DNA from: Gammaproteobacteria bacterium
GTDB taxonomy: Bacteria; Pseudomonadota; Gammaproteobacteria; GCA-001735895
Direction of reading: 5' to 3'
Assembly: GCA_050295575.1 (NCBI GenBank)
Contig: JBNKPX010000001.1
Span: forward strand, 28,884 to 92,883
DNA length: 64,000 nucleotides
The translations under genes were made by a program, and so were the position numbers. The notes under the pieces are model-generated. The model was not told the origin of the DNA. It worked only from the letters and a program-made list of their open reading frames with translations, and did not search any database. Within the stretch, counting starts at the first letter, position 1, and each line of letters starts with the position of its first letter. Below are positions 20,346 through 29,915 of this stretch, piece after piece.

Positions 20346-21548
20346 TTACACTGGACTGCCGTAGCGTGCATATAGCCACTTCATCAGTAGTGGTGGAACT
20401 ATCGTAGTGAGTGCGATCACAATAATCATTCCCGCATAAATCTCATTACTAAAGATACCGCTCACCCTGCCGAGTTCAGCAAAGATAATACCTACCTCTC
20501 CCCGCGGCACCATCGCCAGGCCAACCATTGATTTCATATGCATTGACTCACGAATGAAATAGGCGCCTGCAAATTTACCAAGGATGGAAAGCACAAAAAA
20601 TAGTAGCGAGAAAACCCAGATATAACTTGAAGACCAGTCAATCTGATGTAGATTTAATGACACCCCGACCATAACAAAAAAAATCGGAATAAATAACTGG
20701 ATGATCGGCTTCATCTGCGTATCGATACGATTTGAAAACTCAGCATCTGTACTCAATGCCACCCCGAAGGGAAGAAAAAAACGTCGCGATAGCGCCAGTC
20801 CGGCGGCAAAGCCACCAAGTAATTCAGGGGCTCCTACCGCATGCGCGAGCCAGGCAAAAAACAATACCAGAGAAACAATAGTAGTCGGGATTAATCCAGG
20901 CATATGATTAATCTTATCAAAGCGATGAATCAGTACCGAGATCAATTTTGCCGCTAACGGAGCTAGCACAAAAAAGGTAACAATGAATAGAACCACCTTA
21001 CCGATATTCAATAAATTAATGCCACCACCAATGGAAAACTCATATAACAGGGCTAGCAATACAACACCCAGAATATCATCCAATACAGCCGCACCGAGAA
21101 CAATCTGGCCTTCTGGAGAATGTTGTCGACCCAGATCAGCAAGTACGCGAACGGTAATTCCTATACTGGTTGCTGTTAATGTACCGCCGATAAACAGGCT
21201 CACCAGTACGGGTAGCTCAAACACACTACTGCTTAACCAGTACCCCAGAATAAACGGTACAAAAAAACCGCCAATTGCAACCACCAGAGACTTTTGCCCG
21301 CTATTTGCCAGACGCCGTATATCAGTTTCCAGACCTACCTCAAACAGAAGCAGTATGATACCGATCTCAGCCAGTAATTTGAGCACTTCATTAGGCTGAA
21401 GCCAACCCAACAGGCTAGGACCCAGGATAACACCGGCTAGCAGCTCACCGATAACTGAAGGGAGCTGCAAACGAACAGCAACCTCAGCCAATAAACGCGC
21501 CATTAACAGGATTGCGAGCAATTGTAGAAAGAAGCTGTGCGTTTCCAC
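20346..21548 (-). CDS. CPA2-family monovalent cation:proton antiporter (Kef-like membrane domain, no KTN domain)
   Basis: 400 aa with about 12 TM helices and an N-terminal 'LLAGVILGPSLLG' Na/H exchanger motif. Confidence 0.8.
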   Translation of the reverse strand: METHSFFLQLLAILLMARLLAEVAVRLQLPSVIGELLAGVILGPSLLGWLQPNEVLKLLAEIGIILLLFEVGLETDIRRLANSGQKSLVVAIGGFFVPFILGYWLSSSVFELPVLVSLFIGGTLTATSIGITVRVLADLGRQHSPEGQIVLGAAVLDDILGVVLLALLYEFSIGGGINLLNIGKVVLFIVTFFVLAPLAAKLISVLIHRFDKINHMPGLIPTTIVSLVLFFAWLAHAVGAPELLGGFAAGLALSRRFFLPFGVALSTDAEFSNRIDTQMKPIIQLFIPIFFVMVGVSLNLHQIDWSSSYIWVFSLLFFVLSILGKFAGAYFIRESMHMKSMVGLAMVPRGEVGIIFAELGRVSGIFSNEIYAGMIIVIALTTIVPPLLMKWLYARYGSPV

Positions 21549-21824
21549 TGATGTCTACCTGGTCCTAGTAGGTTTCATGACATCAAGTATAGCTGTTGAA
21601 ATCCGTTAACAAGCAACACATCCTCTATGCGATGCTTAACTGACACCAATATTCGCTTTCCGTTAATATCTCAACCGGCTTTAGTAAACAAAGGAATATC
21701 CCCTTTCAAAATTACTACCTCGGTGGAATTCAGGCTCATCGCCGCTACCAACGTGTAACTAGAACAAAAAAGTACAGCCTGTCGTGATAGCCGCTGTGGA
21801 GGTGTTGTTATTTAAGCTTCTCAG

Positions 21825-22229
21825 CTATGCACCAAGCAACGGTAAGTGCTTAATGCTTTTGTATTTCATAGCCAGTTCAATGCAATGGCGAATAACATTT
21901 GTAGGCAGATCTCGATTAACCTGTAGCACGATTGCACGATTGCCATAAAAATCCAGATCTTCTGAATACAACTCACGAAACGTATCGACGAGCTTAGTTT
22001 GACAATGAAAAAATAGAAAATATTGATTCGGAGATTGAGGTTTCCAGTCCATCCGTACTGGGCTACCGTTTTTAACCTGGTAACTCGGTTCTCCCCACTT
22101 TAAGGTTTCTTCTATTTCACCTAAATCTAGATCCTCTGCAATACTAAGCACAAATTCTCTTAACTGCAGAATAAGTGACTTAATATGCTCAGGATAGCTA
22201 TCAAATTTATTTTTAACTTCTGCTTTCAT
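21825..22229 (-). CDS. DUF1801 (YdhG-like) domain protein
   Basis: Probable start 'MKAEVKNKFDSYPEHIK' (Met 17 of the track ORF). The DUF1801-like region is 'SYPEHIKSLILQLREF..GEPSY'. Confidence 0.55.
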   Translation of the reverse strand: MKAEVKNKFDSYPEHIKSLILQLREFVLSIAEDLDLGEIEETLKWGEPSYQVKNGSPVRMDWKPQSPNQYFLFFHCQTKLVDTFRELYSEDLDFYGNRAIVLQVNRDLPTNVIRHCIELAMKYKSIKHLPLLGA

Positions 22230-22328
22230 ACCTGAGCGTTTGATTAACGATGTCTGGCTTTGCAGCAGCAGGAACATTGTGCAGGCTGATGTCTAGCTGC
22301 GACAATAACGAATTAATATGTACTTTAT

Positions 22329-22610
22329 TCATATAAAAAAACTGAGCATTAACACTGTTAGCCAGAAACCGAAGCCTATAAGAAGCACCCCCCATGCACC
22401 TAAGTAAGTTTTGCCTGAACGATGTATTAATTGAACGCCTGATTGCTTCTTTATTATTTTCCCAGTGTCTTCGTGTTTTATCAGGCGATCTGGTAACCAT
22501 TTACCAAGAGTGATAATTGGAGTCAACAGGTAACCTGTACCGTATATAAAACCCCAAAAAAAGATTTCCATAAATAAAGTAATTAATAAAATGCCGATAA
22601 AGTCTTCCAT
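22329..22610 (-). CDS. small integral membrane protein (2-3 TM)
   Basis: 93-aa ORF with hydrophobic helices at both ends. No family was recognised. Confidence 0.4.
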   Translation of the reverse strand: MEDFIGILLITLFMEIFFWGFIYGTGYLLTPIITLGKWLPDRLIKHEDTGKIIKKQSGVQLIHRSGKTYLGAWGVLLIGFGFWLTVLMLSFFI

Positions 22611-23052
22611 GAGTTTCTCCTATTAGTTACACATATCGAAACTGTGAAAAATCCTTTTTAGGGAATTGATTCCATTCAAATGATTTTTGAATTTCATGTT
22701 AACCACTTTGTATCTATTATAGGTAGATTTCAACTGTTTCGGTATTAGTTATTTATATACCCTTGTGATAATACTATTAGGGCATAACTCACTATCTGTT
22801 CTGTGGTATCAGACATGCAGTATGACCACCATTATTATTCCCGCTGTATGATGCCTGGTCCTGTAGAAGTTAGTTTAAGTGGCTGTGGCTTGAGCAAGGT
22901 CGTTGGTCGTGGAAAACATTAGCCAGACTATTTACCCGACTGGTGATGTTGAATATCAATAAAGAGATTGTGCATCCGACGATTGATGACACTTTGACCT
23001 TACGTGCTTCAAAGATACACCGGCCAGTTAAATGCTTCATCAACATAAAATC

Positions 23053-23445
23053 TCAATCTAGACGATCATCCGCAACATGATAAACAGGATCTTCCAGACG
23101 GTTGACTTCAACCAATTCATCGGCTCTATCCAGTAGCTGTTTACATTCTTCACTGAGGTGTTTCAGATGATTTTTTTTCACGCCGCTGGTATCACTCTGC
23201 GAGGCTATCAACCGCTGCTATACCGGAATAATCGACTACCTTTGATGCAAAGAATAAGGTGCATTTAATACGTTTATCTTGCTACCGTTTTCATCGATAA
23301 AAGATTTCGCCTGCATCAGCTTGGCATGCTCCCAGGCAGATACTAATGCTGACACGACCGCACCAACAATAACGGCAATAGCAAGATCTCTGATTACTGT
23401 AACTATCGCAACAAATATAGAGGTAAAAAAATTGGCTATAGGCAC
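23053..23445 (-). pseudogene. remnant of a SulP/SLC26-family transporter (last TM helix plus STAS-like C-terminus), frameshifted and 5'-truncated
   Basis: Minus-strand frames give a TM segment 'IFVAIVTVIRDLAIAVIVGAVVSAL', then in another frame the STAS-like sequence '[52 protein letters not shown]'. The histidine kinase gene begins where the N-terminal about 400 aa should be. Confidence 0.35.
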
Positions 23446-23509
23446 TTAACCGATCATGCGGAATGTGCTCATTCAAATATACCTAATACCACGATAAACA
23501 TAACACCCA

Positions 23510-25444
23510 CTAATTTTTCAGACGCTGTTCCAAATTGGCAAGTTTTTCTCGTATCTTGTCGACCGAAAGTGGCTTAGATATAAAATCTTCCATCCCAGCT
23601 TCAGAGAAAAGCTTTTGGTCATCACTGCTTGCATTAGCTGTCATCGCGAATATTGGAATATTTGAGTATGGGGGGCCCAGTCGCTTGATTTCCCTGCAGG
23701 CGGTGATGCCATCCATATTCGGCATCTGTATATCCATCAGAACCAGATCGTAATTGCCATTTTGTAAGGCTTCAATGGCTTCAAGGCCGTCATTCACAAC
23801 ATCGACTCGATAACCGAGCTTTTGCAATATTGTACAAATCACCAGTTGATTGGGCAGTATATCTTCGGCGACCAATATTCTGATCGATTCTGCTGCCGGC
23901 TTAAGCTGCGCAGCCTGGGCGGTGGTGGTTGTCTCGTTATCGAGTTGTGACGTTAACGTCACTACAGGTAAAGGTAAATCGAACCAGAAGCAACTTCCTT
24001 TTCCTTGCTGACTACGCAAGCCAATCTTGCCCTGCATGATGTCCACAAGAGTCTTGCTAATCGCCAGTCCCAGGCCTGTGCCCCCGTACTTGCGTGTGGC
24101 TGTTGCATCAGCTTGAATAAAACGCTCAAACAGTTTTGACTGTTTTTCCTCCGACACTCCAATACCGGTGTCTTCCACTTCAAAATGAACCTGGCAAACA
24201 CTACTGTCATGAGGAGTTGATGCAACTATACGCAGGGTAATACTACCCTGTTCGGTAAATTTGAATGCATTACTGATCAGGTTTGAGAGTATCTGGCGGA
24301 TCCGTTTAATATCACCAAGAAAAACGAGTCCCCGGTCAATCTTAAATTCAGGAATCAGCGCAATTTTTTTGTCCTCGGCATTTATAGAGAACAGGTTAAT
24401 CTGTTCATTAGCCAGGTCGAGTAGGCTAAACTCGGTTCGATCCAGTTCGACTTCCCCTGATTCAAGACGAGAAAAATCAAGAATGTCGTTAATAACATTC
24501 ATCATTGCATTCGATGACTGCTCAACCACTTCAAGGTAATGCCTTTGCTCATCATCCAGATCTGTATCACAAAGCAGACTGACCATGCCGATGACACCAT
24601 TCATAGGGGTTCGAATTTCATGACTCATAGTTGAGAGGAATTCGGATTTTACCCTGTTACCGATTTCAGCCTTATTTTTAGCCTCCAGCAGGTTCTTCTC
24701 AATTTTTTCACGCTGTGAAATCTCATCATCAATTTTACTGATCAGGTTGTTGATACCCTGCTCAATCCGACCAATTTCATCTTGCGGGCTACCTTGAAAG
24801 CGATGAGAGTAATCACCCTCCTGCATCAACTTAAGTGTATCTAGCGTGAAGTTAATTCGACGTGTAGTGCTAGAGGAAAGCCAACGGGTTAAACCAAGTA
24901 ATAAAACAAATACGATCGCAGCAATCAGCGACACATAGGAAAGAAACTCATCGCGGCTGGCAAACATTTCATCTTCTGCTATTGAAATAAACAGAGTCCA
25001 TCCCCAATGTCCTGCCGGCGCATACAATGCAAAATATTTCCTGTCATGCAGGATGTATTCGAGCTGACCCGATGTTTGTAATAAAGCCTGTGTTACAGGA
25101 ATCTCTGTTACTACTGCATGCCCAGACGCGCTTATCAACTGCCCTTCAGCATCAAAAACCTGTATAAACCCAGTATCCCCAAATTTTTGATTGCTGATAC
25201 TGTCAATCACATCCGTTTGCGAAGATTCAACGTAAGCTCTTAGATCGAGGATACCGGCTTTCTCCAGTGTGCTATATGCTTGTTTTACTTCACTAATAAC
25301 ACCGTCCAGCTCCCGGTCCAGTTGTTGTTCGTACTGTTGGAAGGTAATTCGGCTGATTATCCAGTAACCGTTGATGACCAGCGCACTTCCCATCAGCGCC
25401 AGAATAATTGCCTGATAAAGACTGAATTTTGTCTGTATTTTCAT
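23510..25444 (-). CDS. hybrid sensor histidine kinase / response regulator
   Basis: Periplasmic sensor region between two TM helices, then HAMP-like and HisKA ('[14 protein letters not shown]') regions. A HATPase_c region ('[16 protein letters not shown]') and a C-terminal REC ('[20 protein letters not shown]') follow. Confidence 0.85.
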   Translation of the reverse strand: MKIQTKFSLYQAIILALMGSALVINGYWIISRITFQQYEQQLDRELDGVISEVKQAYSTLEKAGILDLRAYVESSQTDVIDSISNQKFGDTGFIQVFDAEGQLISASGHAVVTEIPVTQALLQTSGQLEYILHDRKYFALYAPAGHWGWTLFISIAEDEMFASRDEFLSYVSLIAAIVFVLLLGLTRWLSSSTTRRINFTLDTLKLMQEGDYSHRFQGSPQDEIGRIEQGINNLISKIDDEISQREKIEKNLLEAKNKAEIGNRVKSEFLSTMSHEIRTPMNGVIGMVSLLCDTDLDDEQRHYLEVVEQSSNAMMNVINDILDFSRLESGEVELDRTEFSLLDLANEQINLFSINAEDKKIALIPEFKIDRGLVFLGDIKRIRQILSNLISNAFKFTEQGSITLRIVASTPHDSSVCQVHFEVEDTGIGVSEEKQSKLFERFIQADATATRKYGGTGLGLAISKTLVDIMQGKIGLRSQQGKGSCFWFDLPLPVVTLTSQLDNETTTTAQAAQLKPAAESIRILVAEDILPNQLVICTILQKLGYRVDVVNDGLEAIEALQNGNYDLVLMDIQMPNMDGITACREIKRLGPPYSNIPIFAMTANASSDDQKLFSEAGMEDFISKPLSVDKIREKLANLEQRLKN

Positions 25445-25477
25445 AGCCTACCGTATAGTTATAATATTATTTTTTTA

Positions 25478-26449
25478 CTAACGTATTATGGTAGCTGTTT
25501 TAATCAATTCTGGCGCAAAAATTACACCTAGTTTCTGTCCTATATACAGATTTATAAATAAGCGCCCTTCCTTATTTTGCACGACAGGTATATCTGAGGG
25601 TCTAGTACCTTGCAGGATTCGTAGTACAGTTCTCGCAGCCCATCGTCCCTGCTCCTGTGGAATTTTGGCGATGGTAAACAAAGCATAGGGCGCCAACCAG
25701 ACATGCGTTGTACCAATAGGCACACGCGTATTTTGCTGCAGGAATGTTAGCCCCGATTTATTATCCCAGCCACTGATGCCTTTTGGATTTTCTAAAATGA
25801 CCATATCGACCTGGCTCTGTAATTCAACAATCTTTTGCTTCCATTCTGCGAAACTTTTGACAAAGAATGTTTTATCAAAACGTCGATTTAATTGTTTTTC
25901 AAAATACTCCGCGTTTCGTCGACCCGAAATTGCATCAATCGAGATCAGGCCAATTGAATCTCCTTTGGCATAAACACGCAGCTTCTTTGCAATTGACTTT
26001 ATCAGGGAAACCTCTTCCATACCGGTCACATTACGATATGGGAATCCATAGATAGATGAATCCCAGTTGACACCAGTAAATACAAAGGGAATTGATGAAT
26101 CCTTGAAATAGCGCTGAATTACATATTTTGCGGCATTGTCATCGGAGGTGATCACAACATCTGGATGGGAGGACTGGATTAAATCCCGCGCAGCCTCGGC
26201 AGCTGTCGCGATCTCTGAAATAGAGCGTTCACGCTTGCTATCCATATAGAATTTTTGCACTTCTACGCCCTGCCCTGCCAGTCCATCCTCGAGTCCTTTC
26301 TCGATTCCATCACTCCACTCATAACCCGGGTGATATGAATTGATAAAAAGCACTTTGGCGCCGTCGGCAGATACACTGCTTATGCCCAAAAAAAAGTACA
26401 ATATTCCGAGCAGATTTAGCAATCCCTGCCCTCTTCTAGCGTCTAACAT
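25478..26449 (-). CDS. periplasmic ABC-transporter substrate-binding-like protein (COG2984 family) paired with the sensor kinase
   Basis: Signal peptide and a type-I periplasmic binding fold ('VLFINSYHPGYEWSDG'). It lies immediately upstream in the same operon as the hybrid kinase, the usual COG2984 context. Confidence 0.7.
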   Translation of the reverse strand: MLDARRGQGLLNLLGILYFFLGISSVSADGAKVLFINSYHPGYEWSDGIEKGLEDGLAGQGVEVQKFYMDSKRERSISEIATAAEAARDLIQSSHPDVVITSDDNAAKYVIQRYFKDSSIPFVFTGVNWDSSIYGFPYRNVTGMEEVSLIKSIAKKLRVYAKGDSIGLISIDAISGRRNAEYFEKQLNRRFDKTFFVKSFAEWKQKIVELQSQVDMVILENPKGISGWDNKSGLTFLQQNTRVPIGTTHVWLAPYALFTIAKIPQEQGRWAARTVLRILQGTRPSDIPVVQNKEGRLFINLYIGQKLGVIFAPELIKTATIIR

Positions 26450-26744
26450 AAATGTCTATCCCTAACAGATTTTATCTCTACAATTATAGCACCAATAGTA
26501 GTGTTAGAAACAATAACTCTATGACCTGTGACAAAGAGTTTTTAAGTTGTCTATTGTCCGAAAAGATATATAAAATCATCAAGAATCACCGGCTGAACAC
26601 CGGTAATTCAGACCAGGGCCTTGTCTCTGTTCTTATCATCAATAGCCGCTATCGCTCTTTGACATCACTAGCGACGGCTCGGTGGTCTATAAATCTGGAT
26701 GAAACCCGCTGCCCTGTTACTGTCATAGTTCCTGGACAGCATTA

Positions 26745-27299
26745 CTACAGCCAGTACCTGGGATAATGACGCTCAGGATTAGATGAAAGATTATTAATCA
26801 GCAGTGCTACCAGCAGCATTATAAAAACTCCAGACATTACCGGTTGGAGTACATACCAGTAGCCCAGCTGCTGGATATTGTCACTACCAACGACAGCGAT
26901 TAATGCGGTTGCTCCGCCCGGTGGATGCAGGGTTTTGCTAACATGCATAAAAAAAATTGCCGTGGCTACAGATATTGCTCCCTGAACCTCTATAGGAAAG
27001 TCCAGCGTTTGCATGACCCAAACCCCAACTATGGCTGCAATTAAATGACCGCCGATCAGGTTTCTGGGTTGCGCATAAAAGGCATGCGGCGTTCCATAGA
27101 TGAGGACGGCAGATGCACCAAATGAGCCTATAAGGAGGACCTGATCATAAGGAGTAAGCGCTAGAAAGCGATTGATAAGGGCTGCCCCCAGAATACCGGT
27201 AAATGCACCAAGCCATGACCACAGCATCCAGCTAAATGGGTGAATGGGAGGGCTTTTAATACCCTGCCCTTTAAATCGTTTCAGGTATTTAGATAGCAT
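26745..27299 (-). CDS. HPP-family membrane protein
   Basis: 184 aa with four TM helices and the conserved HPPGGAT motif ('TLHPPGGATALIAV'). Confidence 0.75.
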   Translation of the reverse strand: MLSKYLKRFKGQGIKSPPIHPFSWMLWSWLGAFTGILGAALINRFLALTPYDQVLLIGSFGASAVLIYGTPHAFYAQPRNLIGGHLIAAIVGVWVMQTLDFPIEVQGAISVATAIFFMHVSKTLHPPGGATALIAVVGSDNIQQLGYWYVLQPVMSGVFIMLLVALLINNLSSNPERHYPRYWL

Positions 27300-27407
27300 G
27301 TGCTCATAGATTTGAGTGTACTCTTGTGAGCATCATATCTCAAAAAGGGGCCGTTATGGTGCATAAATTATAAGGATATTCGCTTCAGAGGGTTTTATTT
27401 TGATAAC

Positions 27408-28197
27408 AACGAAGGGCACGAAGAACACTAAGGAAGATATTCTTATTGGTATTGACTTATATTTGCTCTGATAAGTAGTGAATCAGGTTTTGATTTTATC
27501 CTGCAAAATTACACAAAACGGACATTCATTATTTTCATTCTAGCTGGTATGACTGCAGTTGATCTACGTGAGACATTCCCATTATTTGAAATGTTTAAAG
27601 AATATAACCACAGAGAACACAGGGAGCGCAGAGAAAAATATATTTTATATTTCGAGATTTGGTGTATTTGGTGGTTAGATCTATTTTAACTTGTACCTGA
27701 TAATCCTCTGGCAAGCCCCCTCCCCAGCAGAGGTAAACTGGTGGTGCTGACAACAAAAGAGGAGACTAGCGTATTCACAATCACCTTCGAATGGCACTGG
27801 CCCTATTAAAAACCTACCAAGACAGCCTGAAGAGTATCGCTGTTGAGACGACCTTACAAACCATGAGCAGATCACAGAACTTGCTCATATACTACAGCAA
27901 AATAACTTGCTTGGGTACGCGTTAAACCAACCGCTTTCGGCACCTACTTACCTATAGCATCGGAGAATATGATTGTCTGCTGTCAGAGTAAATCAGAACT
28001 ACTTCCTGAAAAGGCCTGATGTCATCTGAACTTATACATCTTATTAATACCTTACAAACTCTGTGTACTCTATTACCGAAGTGGTATAAATTCATTTTTT
28101 AATGATTAAAGCAAATTAGCAATAACAAATCCGATGTAATGTTTTAGTACCCGCATAAAGAATCTTTTTATCTTAGTGTTCTTCGTGCCCTTCGTGG
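27408..28197. mobile_element. MITE-like non-autonomous element, about 790 bp, bounded by perfect 24-bp terminal inverted repeats built from 'cacgaag' heptamers
   Basis: Left 'acgaagggcacgaagaacactaag' (27409-27432) is the exact reverse complement of right 'cttagtgttcttcgtgcccttcgt' (28173-28196). There is no ORF with transposase features inside. Its internal ends share sequence with the 210-bp repeats at 28173-28410 and 31049-31259. Confidence 0.55.
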
Positions 28198-28410
28198 TTA
28201 ACTTTTTTTACTACTACAAACAGACAAAACACACCAGAGAATATATTCTTATTCATGCATTGCAAACTCAGTGTCCTCTGTGATCTCAGTGGTTTAAATT
28301 GTCTTTTTAACTCCAAAGAAAACAAGCGGGCGATAACAGTCACAAACTCACTTTTTAAAACCACCCAAAAACATACCCTTCGTGTTCTTCGTGCACTTCG
28401 TGGTTAATCA
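28173..28410 (+). repeat. intergenic repeat copy A (about 210-240 bp, 'cttcgtgNNcttcgtggttaa' ends)
   Basis: About 85% identical to 31049-31259 in the same orientation. The shared core reads 'aatattcttattcat..caaactc.gtgtcctctgtgatctc.gtggtttaaatt.tcttttt..aaaacaagcgggcgataa..ttttttaaaaccacc..acccttcgtg.tcttcgtg..cttcgtggttaat'. Copy A ends 6 bp before the cysG stop. Confidence 0.7.
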
Positions 28411-28416
28411 AATCAA

Positions 28417-29817
28417 TCACTTGATCTCTTCACCCGGTTTAAACCAGTGCAGTTTTTTATGCAGCTCCACGACTTCTCCAACCACGATCAGGGTTGGCGC
28501 TTTTACATTATTTTTCTGCACCAGTCCGGGTAAGGTATTCAGGTCACCTATGAAAACGCGTTGATCAGGTGTGGTACCTTTCTCGATCAATGCTGCGGGT
28601 GTTGCTTCATCTCGCCCATGCTGTTTCAGGTTTTCACAGATCGCCTGTACATTATTCAGGCCCATATAAAAAACAACCGTCTGGTTGGAATGCGACAACA
28701 TATCCCAGTTCAGATCACTGGTACCATCCTTAAGGTGTCCAGTAACGAAGATACAGGCCTGGGCGAAGTCTCTATGTGTGAGTGGGATACCTGCATAGGT
28801 AGTACAACCCGAGGCAGCCGTAATACCCGGTACTACCTGAAATGGCACACCTTCATCGATCAATTCTGAAATCTCTTCACCGCCACGTCCGAAAATAAAG
28901 TTATCTCCCCCTTTCAGACGCAATACCCGCTTACCCTCTTTAGCCAGGCGAACCAGTAGCTGATTAATGTTTTCCTGCGCAATTGCGTGGTTAGATCGTT
29001 CTTTGCCAGCATATATACGCTCAGCATCGCGTCGTACCAGATCCATAATTGGGCCTGAGACCAGTCGGTCATAGACAATCACATCTGCCTTTTGCATCAG
29101 GCGCAAGGCACGAAAAGTCAGAAGATCAGGGTCACCCGGTCCCGCACCTACCAGAAAAACCTCACCGCTATAGCTGGGATCGGAATTGGCTTCTGTGATC
29201 AGCTTTTCTAGTAATTGACGTGCATCATCATTACGACCGGCAAACACATGCTCTGATACCGGGCCTTCAAGAATCGACTCCCAGAACTTGCGACGCTCTT
29301 CTACCCTTGGAAATGTCTGTTTTACTGATTCACGGTAAGATTCCACCAGCTTTGCAAGTTTGCCATAGGCTGATGGCGTGCAACTTTCTAGATTGGTGCG
29401 TATAAGGCGCGCCAGTACCGGAGATGCTCCGCCAGTCGAAACCGCTATCTGTACCGGGTCACGATTGATAATAGAAGGCATGATATAACTGCCCAGATCT
29501 GCATGATCGACCACATTGCAGGGAATTTTGAGTGCCTCTGCTTCTTCTGCGACGAGTCGGTTAACACTTTCATTATCTGTCGAAGCCACCACCAGATGCG
29601 CGTCTATTAAATCGCCGGCTTGGTATTCGCGCTCTATCCATTGAACCTTAGATTCCTTATGAAATAGCGCCATTTCCTGCCCTAGCTCGGGTGAGATGAC
29701 CGTAACCAGTGCGCCTGCAGAACAGAGTAAATCAGCCTTACGAGCGGCGATACCACCCGCGCCAACAACAATGCAAAGCTTATCGCGGATATTGAAAAAG
29801 ATAGGAAGATAATTCAT
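28417..29817 (-). CDS. cysG: Siroheme synthase (uroporphyrinogen-III C-methyltransferase / precorrin-2 dehydrogenase / sirohydrochlorin ferrochelatase)
   Basis: 466 aa. The N-terminal Rossmann motif 'IVGAGGIAARKA' marks the precorrin-2 dehydrogenase part. The C-terminal SUMT domain carries 'VFLVGAGPGDPDLLT' and 'LKGGDNFIFGRGGEE'. Confidence 0.9.
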   Translation of the reverse strand: MNYLPIFFNIRDKLCIVVGAGGIAARKADLLCSAGALVTVISPELGQEMALFHKESKVQWIEREYQAGDLIDAHLVVASTDNESVNRLVAEEAEALKIPCNVVDHADLGSYIMPSIINRDPVQIAVSTGGASPVLARLIRTNLESCTPSAYGKLAKLVESYRESVKQTFPRVEERRKFWESILEGPVSEHVFAGRNDDARQLLEKLITEANSDPSYSGEVFLVGAGPGDPDLLTFRALRLMQKADVIVYDRLVSGPIMDLVRRDAERIYAGKERSNHAIAQENINQLLVRLAKEGKRVLRLKGGDNFIFGRGGEEISELIDEGVPFQVVPGITAASGCTTYAGIPLTHRDFAQACIFVTGHLKDGTSDLNWDMLSHSNQTVVFYMGLNNVQAICENLKQHGRDEATPAALIEKGTTPDQRVFIGDLNTLPGLVQKNNVKAPTLIVVGEVVELHKKLHWFKPGEEIK

Positions 29818-29915
29818 GTTAAGGATCTACTGCCTCTATATAAGCGATTCATTATAGAGAATCTTTGGCATAACAACCAATAAAACTCCAACGGGTATTG
29901 CTTAAGCTACAAAAG

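Noticed and set aside
22611-23052. sRNA or riboswitch in the 440-bp ORF-free stretch
   Set aside because: No conserved riboswitch or terminator-like structure was recognised by eye. The adjacent SulP pseudogene debris is a simpler explanation. Transcriptome data would be needed.
26452-26766. 104-aa plus-strand ORF between the binding-protein and HPP genes
   Set aside because: It overlaps the HPP gene's 3' end and has no RBS. Low-complexity Asn/Ser-rich translation of AT-rich intergenic DNA makes it likely spurious.
27681-27875. 64-aa ORF inside the MITE-like element as a possible transposase or toxin
   Set aside because: It is too short and Cys/Gln-rich with no recognisable motif. The element lacks any DDE or HTH signature, so it is treated as non-autonomous.
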